Origin: Malacoraja senta
Lineage: Eukaryota
Direction of reading: 5' to 3'
NCBI GenBank assembly: GCA_038087875.1
Contig: CM075998.1
Span: forward strand, 5,272,001-5,336,000
Length of the DNA: 64,000 bases
The stretch's first letter is position 1. Each line of letters opens with the position of its first letter. Positions 61,436 to 64,000 of this stretch are shown here, piece after piece. The notes beneath the pieces were generated by a model. The model saw nothing but the letters and a program-made list of their open reading frames with translations. It was not told the DNA's origin and made no database searches. A program made the translations under genes and the position numbers.

Positions 61436-62326
61436 TGCGATAAGAGGATTACTATTGTACGATTGCTACTTAACAACACATTGCGCTTGTTCCCTATTTC
61501 AGAGAGTTGATAGGCCGGAGCACAATCAGTATTTTGCTCGTGAAGAATGCAGCCATTGTTCAGCCTGTCGCACGAGTGAGTGTTTGCTGAATTAATCACA
61601 CACATCAAAGGTTAACGGGGTTGCAGTTTACACCAAGTCCTGCAAGCGACCCCTTGACTACACGATCCATTTAACCTCCGCCAAGAATGACTGCTCCACA
61701 TCCAAAGATGTGTCAGGTCATTATAGTTAAGATAAAGCATTGAAAAGCAAGCACTTTTATTCCCACATGGGGTCAAGTTGTGCACTTCTCTTATCAATGC
61801 CAATGCCACGTGGGTCAAAGTACTCTTAGATCAGATCTTGCCACTTTCTCATGTTGCCCAAATCATTCACACAACAGCCGTTTCATTAGACGAGCAATCC
61901 TTCTTGTCTCCAACTCAGCCACGATTTACCAATCACACAGAGAGGGATGGCTGGAGCAAGTACTAAAGACAGACACAAAAAGCTGGAGTAACTCAGCGGG
62001 ACGGGCAGCATCTCTGGAGAGAAGGCAGGCACGTGCCGTCAGCGTAGGCAAGGTAGGCAGTGCCTACCCTGACTAAAATTATAAAAAGGTAATTAGTAAA
62101 TATAAAGAGAGAAGATTTCCAATTCATTTCCTATTGGCAACTTAATGCACAAAATGACATGCATCATTTATTAAACGGTTATTATTTTCATGATTTAATC
62201 GATCTCTTGTGTAGGCATAACTCCCGTGCTTTAATCCGCAGTACATGTAACACGCGTCACTATGTGCAGCTTCAAGCCTTCACTTATAATGGACAATAAA
62301 GGCGGCTGAAATTCTGCCTTTGCACC

Positions 62327-62390
62327 GTGGACCGCACGCATGTACGCCGTGGACTGCGCGCATGTACGCCGTGGACTGCGCGCATGTGTG
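62327..62390. repeat. 22-bp tandem repeat (about 3 copies) in the hAT left arm
   Basis: gtggactgcgcgcatgtacgcc. Confidence 0.85.
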
Positions 62391-62497
62391 CTGCGCATGT
62401 GTTGGGCCTGTTATCTTGGTGTACAGTGTGTGTGAGTGTTACGTTGTCTCTCTGCTTTCCCCCCCATTTTATTTCAAAATGGAACCCTTTTTCAAAC

Positions 62498-62985
62498 ATG
62501 GATAGTCATTATCTTAAGAGTTTTTCGAAACAATCTTATGAGGAAAAGACCAAAGTAATAAAAAATGGCAGACCAACGCCGGAACTTAAAGAACCTCAAC
62601 AGCGCAAAGGAACAAATATAGTTGGGACATTTAAAACTGCTTGATACAACAGGAAAGAGTGGCTGTGCGGTTGTATTTCAACAAATAGACTGGTTTGTTT
62701 CCCGTGCCTATTATTTTCTGTATCTAGTGGAACTGCTACAATTAATTTTAACAATTCCTGCTACAACAGGTTCTGATGAGAGATCATTTTTAGCTATGAA
62801 AAGAATTAAAAGCTTCACCAGGAATAGAATGTCCAATGAAAGACTTTCGTCACTTGCTTTAATTTCTATTGAAAAGGAAAGATTCACTCAGTGGAGCAAA
62901 GTCCCACTGCTAATTTCTATGAAAAAGTTATGGATATTTTTGCTGCAAACAAAGAGAGAAGACTGGAGTTTGTGTACAAATAATG
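62498..62985 (+). pseudogene. hAT transposase remnant: TTF-type zinc finger joined to C-terminal dimerisation domain
   Basis: GRPTP...FKTA*YNRKEWLCGC..NRLVCFPCLLF, then LILTIPATTGSDERSFLAMKRIKSFTRNRMSNERLSSLALISIE. Confidence 0.85.
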
Positions 62986-63285
62986 TGGTATGTAAATTTA
63001 TTTTAAAAATATTTTCTTAAGAGATAAGGCTTTTGAAGACAAATTACTTTATAAAAGTCGACTGTACCCTGAGTAATTACTCACAGCACGTGCCTGAGAG
63101 AAGGAATGGGTGACGTTTCAGGTCGAGACCCTTCTTCAGATCCTTCCGACACAAGTAATAAAGATGTTTCCCACTAGTTTAGTTTCAGAGATACAGTGCA
63201 GAAACAGGCCCTTCGGCCCATCGCGTCCGTGCCGACCAGCGATCCCTGCACATTAACACTATCCTACACACACACGGGACAATTT

Positions 63286-63610
63286 AGGGCAGCATGGTGG
63301 CGCAGCGGTAGAGTTGCTGTATTACAGCACTCGTAGTGCCAGAGATCCAGGTTCGAACACGACTACGGGTGCTGTCTGTACGGAGTTTGTACGTTCTCCC
63401 CGTGACCTGCATGGGTTTTCTCTGAGATCTTCGGTTTCCTCCCACACTCCAAAGACGTGCAGGTTTGTAGGTTAACTGGCTTGGTATAAATGTAAAATTG
63501 TCCCTTGTGTGTGTAGGATAGTGTCAGTGTGTGGGGATCGCTGGTCGGTCGTGGGACTCGATGGGCCGAAGGGTCTGTTTCCGCGCTGTATCTCGAAACT
63601 AAACTAAACG
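63286..63610 (+). mobile_element. V-SINE nested in an opposite-strand V-SINE (63175-63285)
   Basis: Head, core, (aacta)n tail. Confidence 0.88.
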
Positions 63611-63874
63611 TAAAATTTACAATTTTACAAAGACAATAAACCTACAATCCTTGCCGTCTTTGATGTAATCACGCAACACATCTCCTGTCGGTCTCATTTT
63701 AATCGCGAACCGCAATCTTTAAGTGACATTGAGGTTCATGAGGCAAGGATGTCGAATTGTCCTCGAGCAATGAGAAAGACCCATCAATTTCCCACTTGAT
63801 TGACAAGCACATTAACGCAACATGACAAATAAATGTACAATAATTCATAATGCAATAAACTATCAGCAATACCA

Positions 63875-64000
63875 GGATAAAGCTCGTCATGTCCCCAACA
63901 ACTCTCCCCAACTTCTACAGATGCGCCGCGGAAAGCATTTTATCGGGATGCATCGCAGCACGGTTTGGGAACAGCTCCATCCAACACCGCAAGAAATCGC
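63875..64000 (+). mobile_element. Rex1/Babar ORF fragment running off the window
   Basis: NFYRCAAESILSGCIAARFGNSSIQHRKK. Confidence 0.8.

Larger units (their letters stand above)
62026..63096 (+). mobile_element. Non-autonomous hAT transposon (Tip100/ZMYM1-like), internally deleted
   Basis: TIR caggcacgtgc/gcacgtgcctg; 8-bp TSD agagaagg (62018-62025, 63097-63104) in a PLE end. Confidence 0.93.

Overview
Eukaryotic, repeat-saturated DNA with no recognisable intact host gene, almost certainly from an elasmobranch (skate/ray/shark), judged from HE1-type V-SINEs and their CR1/HER1-type partner LINEs. It holds more than 30 V-SINEs, about 25 CR1 fragments, Rex1/Babar and Tx1 fragments, many Penelope-like (PLE) ends with GIY-YIG remnants and minimal hammerhead motifs, three related TIR MITEs, an internally deleted hAT element, two minisatellites and a 200-N gap (17837-18036). 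Highlights: (1) eleven dispersed arrays of a near-invariant 66-bp unit that starts at the PLE hammerhead cleavage motif and sits inside older, diverged PLE ends, three arrays sharing a 138-bp fold-back cassette (a possible homing satellite); (2) a 141-bp non-tRNA SINE whose 5' end folds as a minimal HDV-like ribozyme; (3) a solo LTR joined to 35 nt of mature tRNA-Leu with CCA and a substitution at position 58; (4) several short local templated duplications. Family names come from recognised motifs, not database searches. Fragment boundaries are approximate unless a TSD or TIR is quoted.
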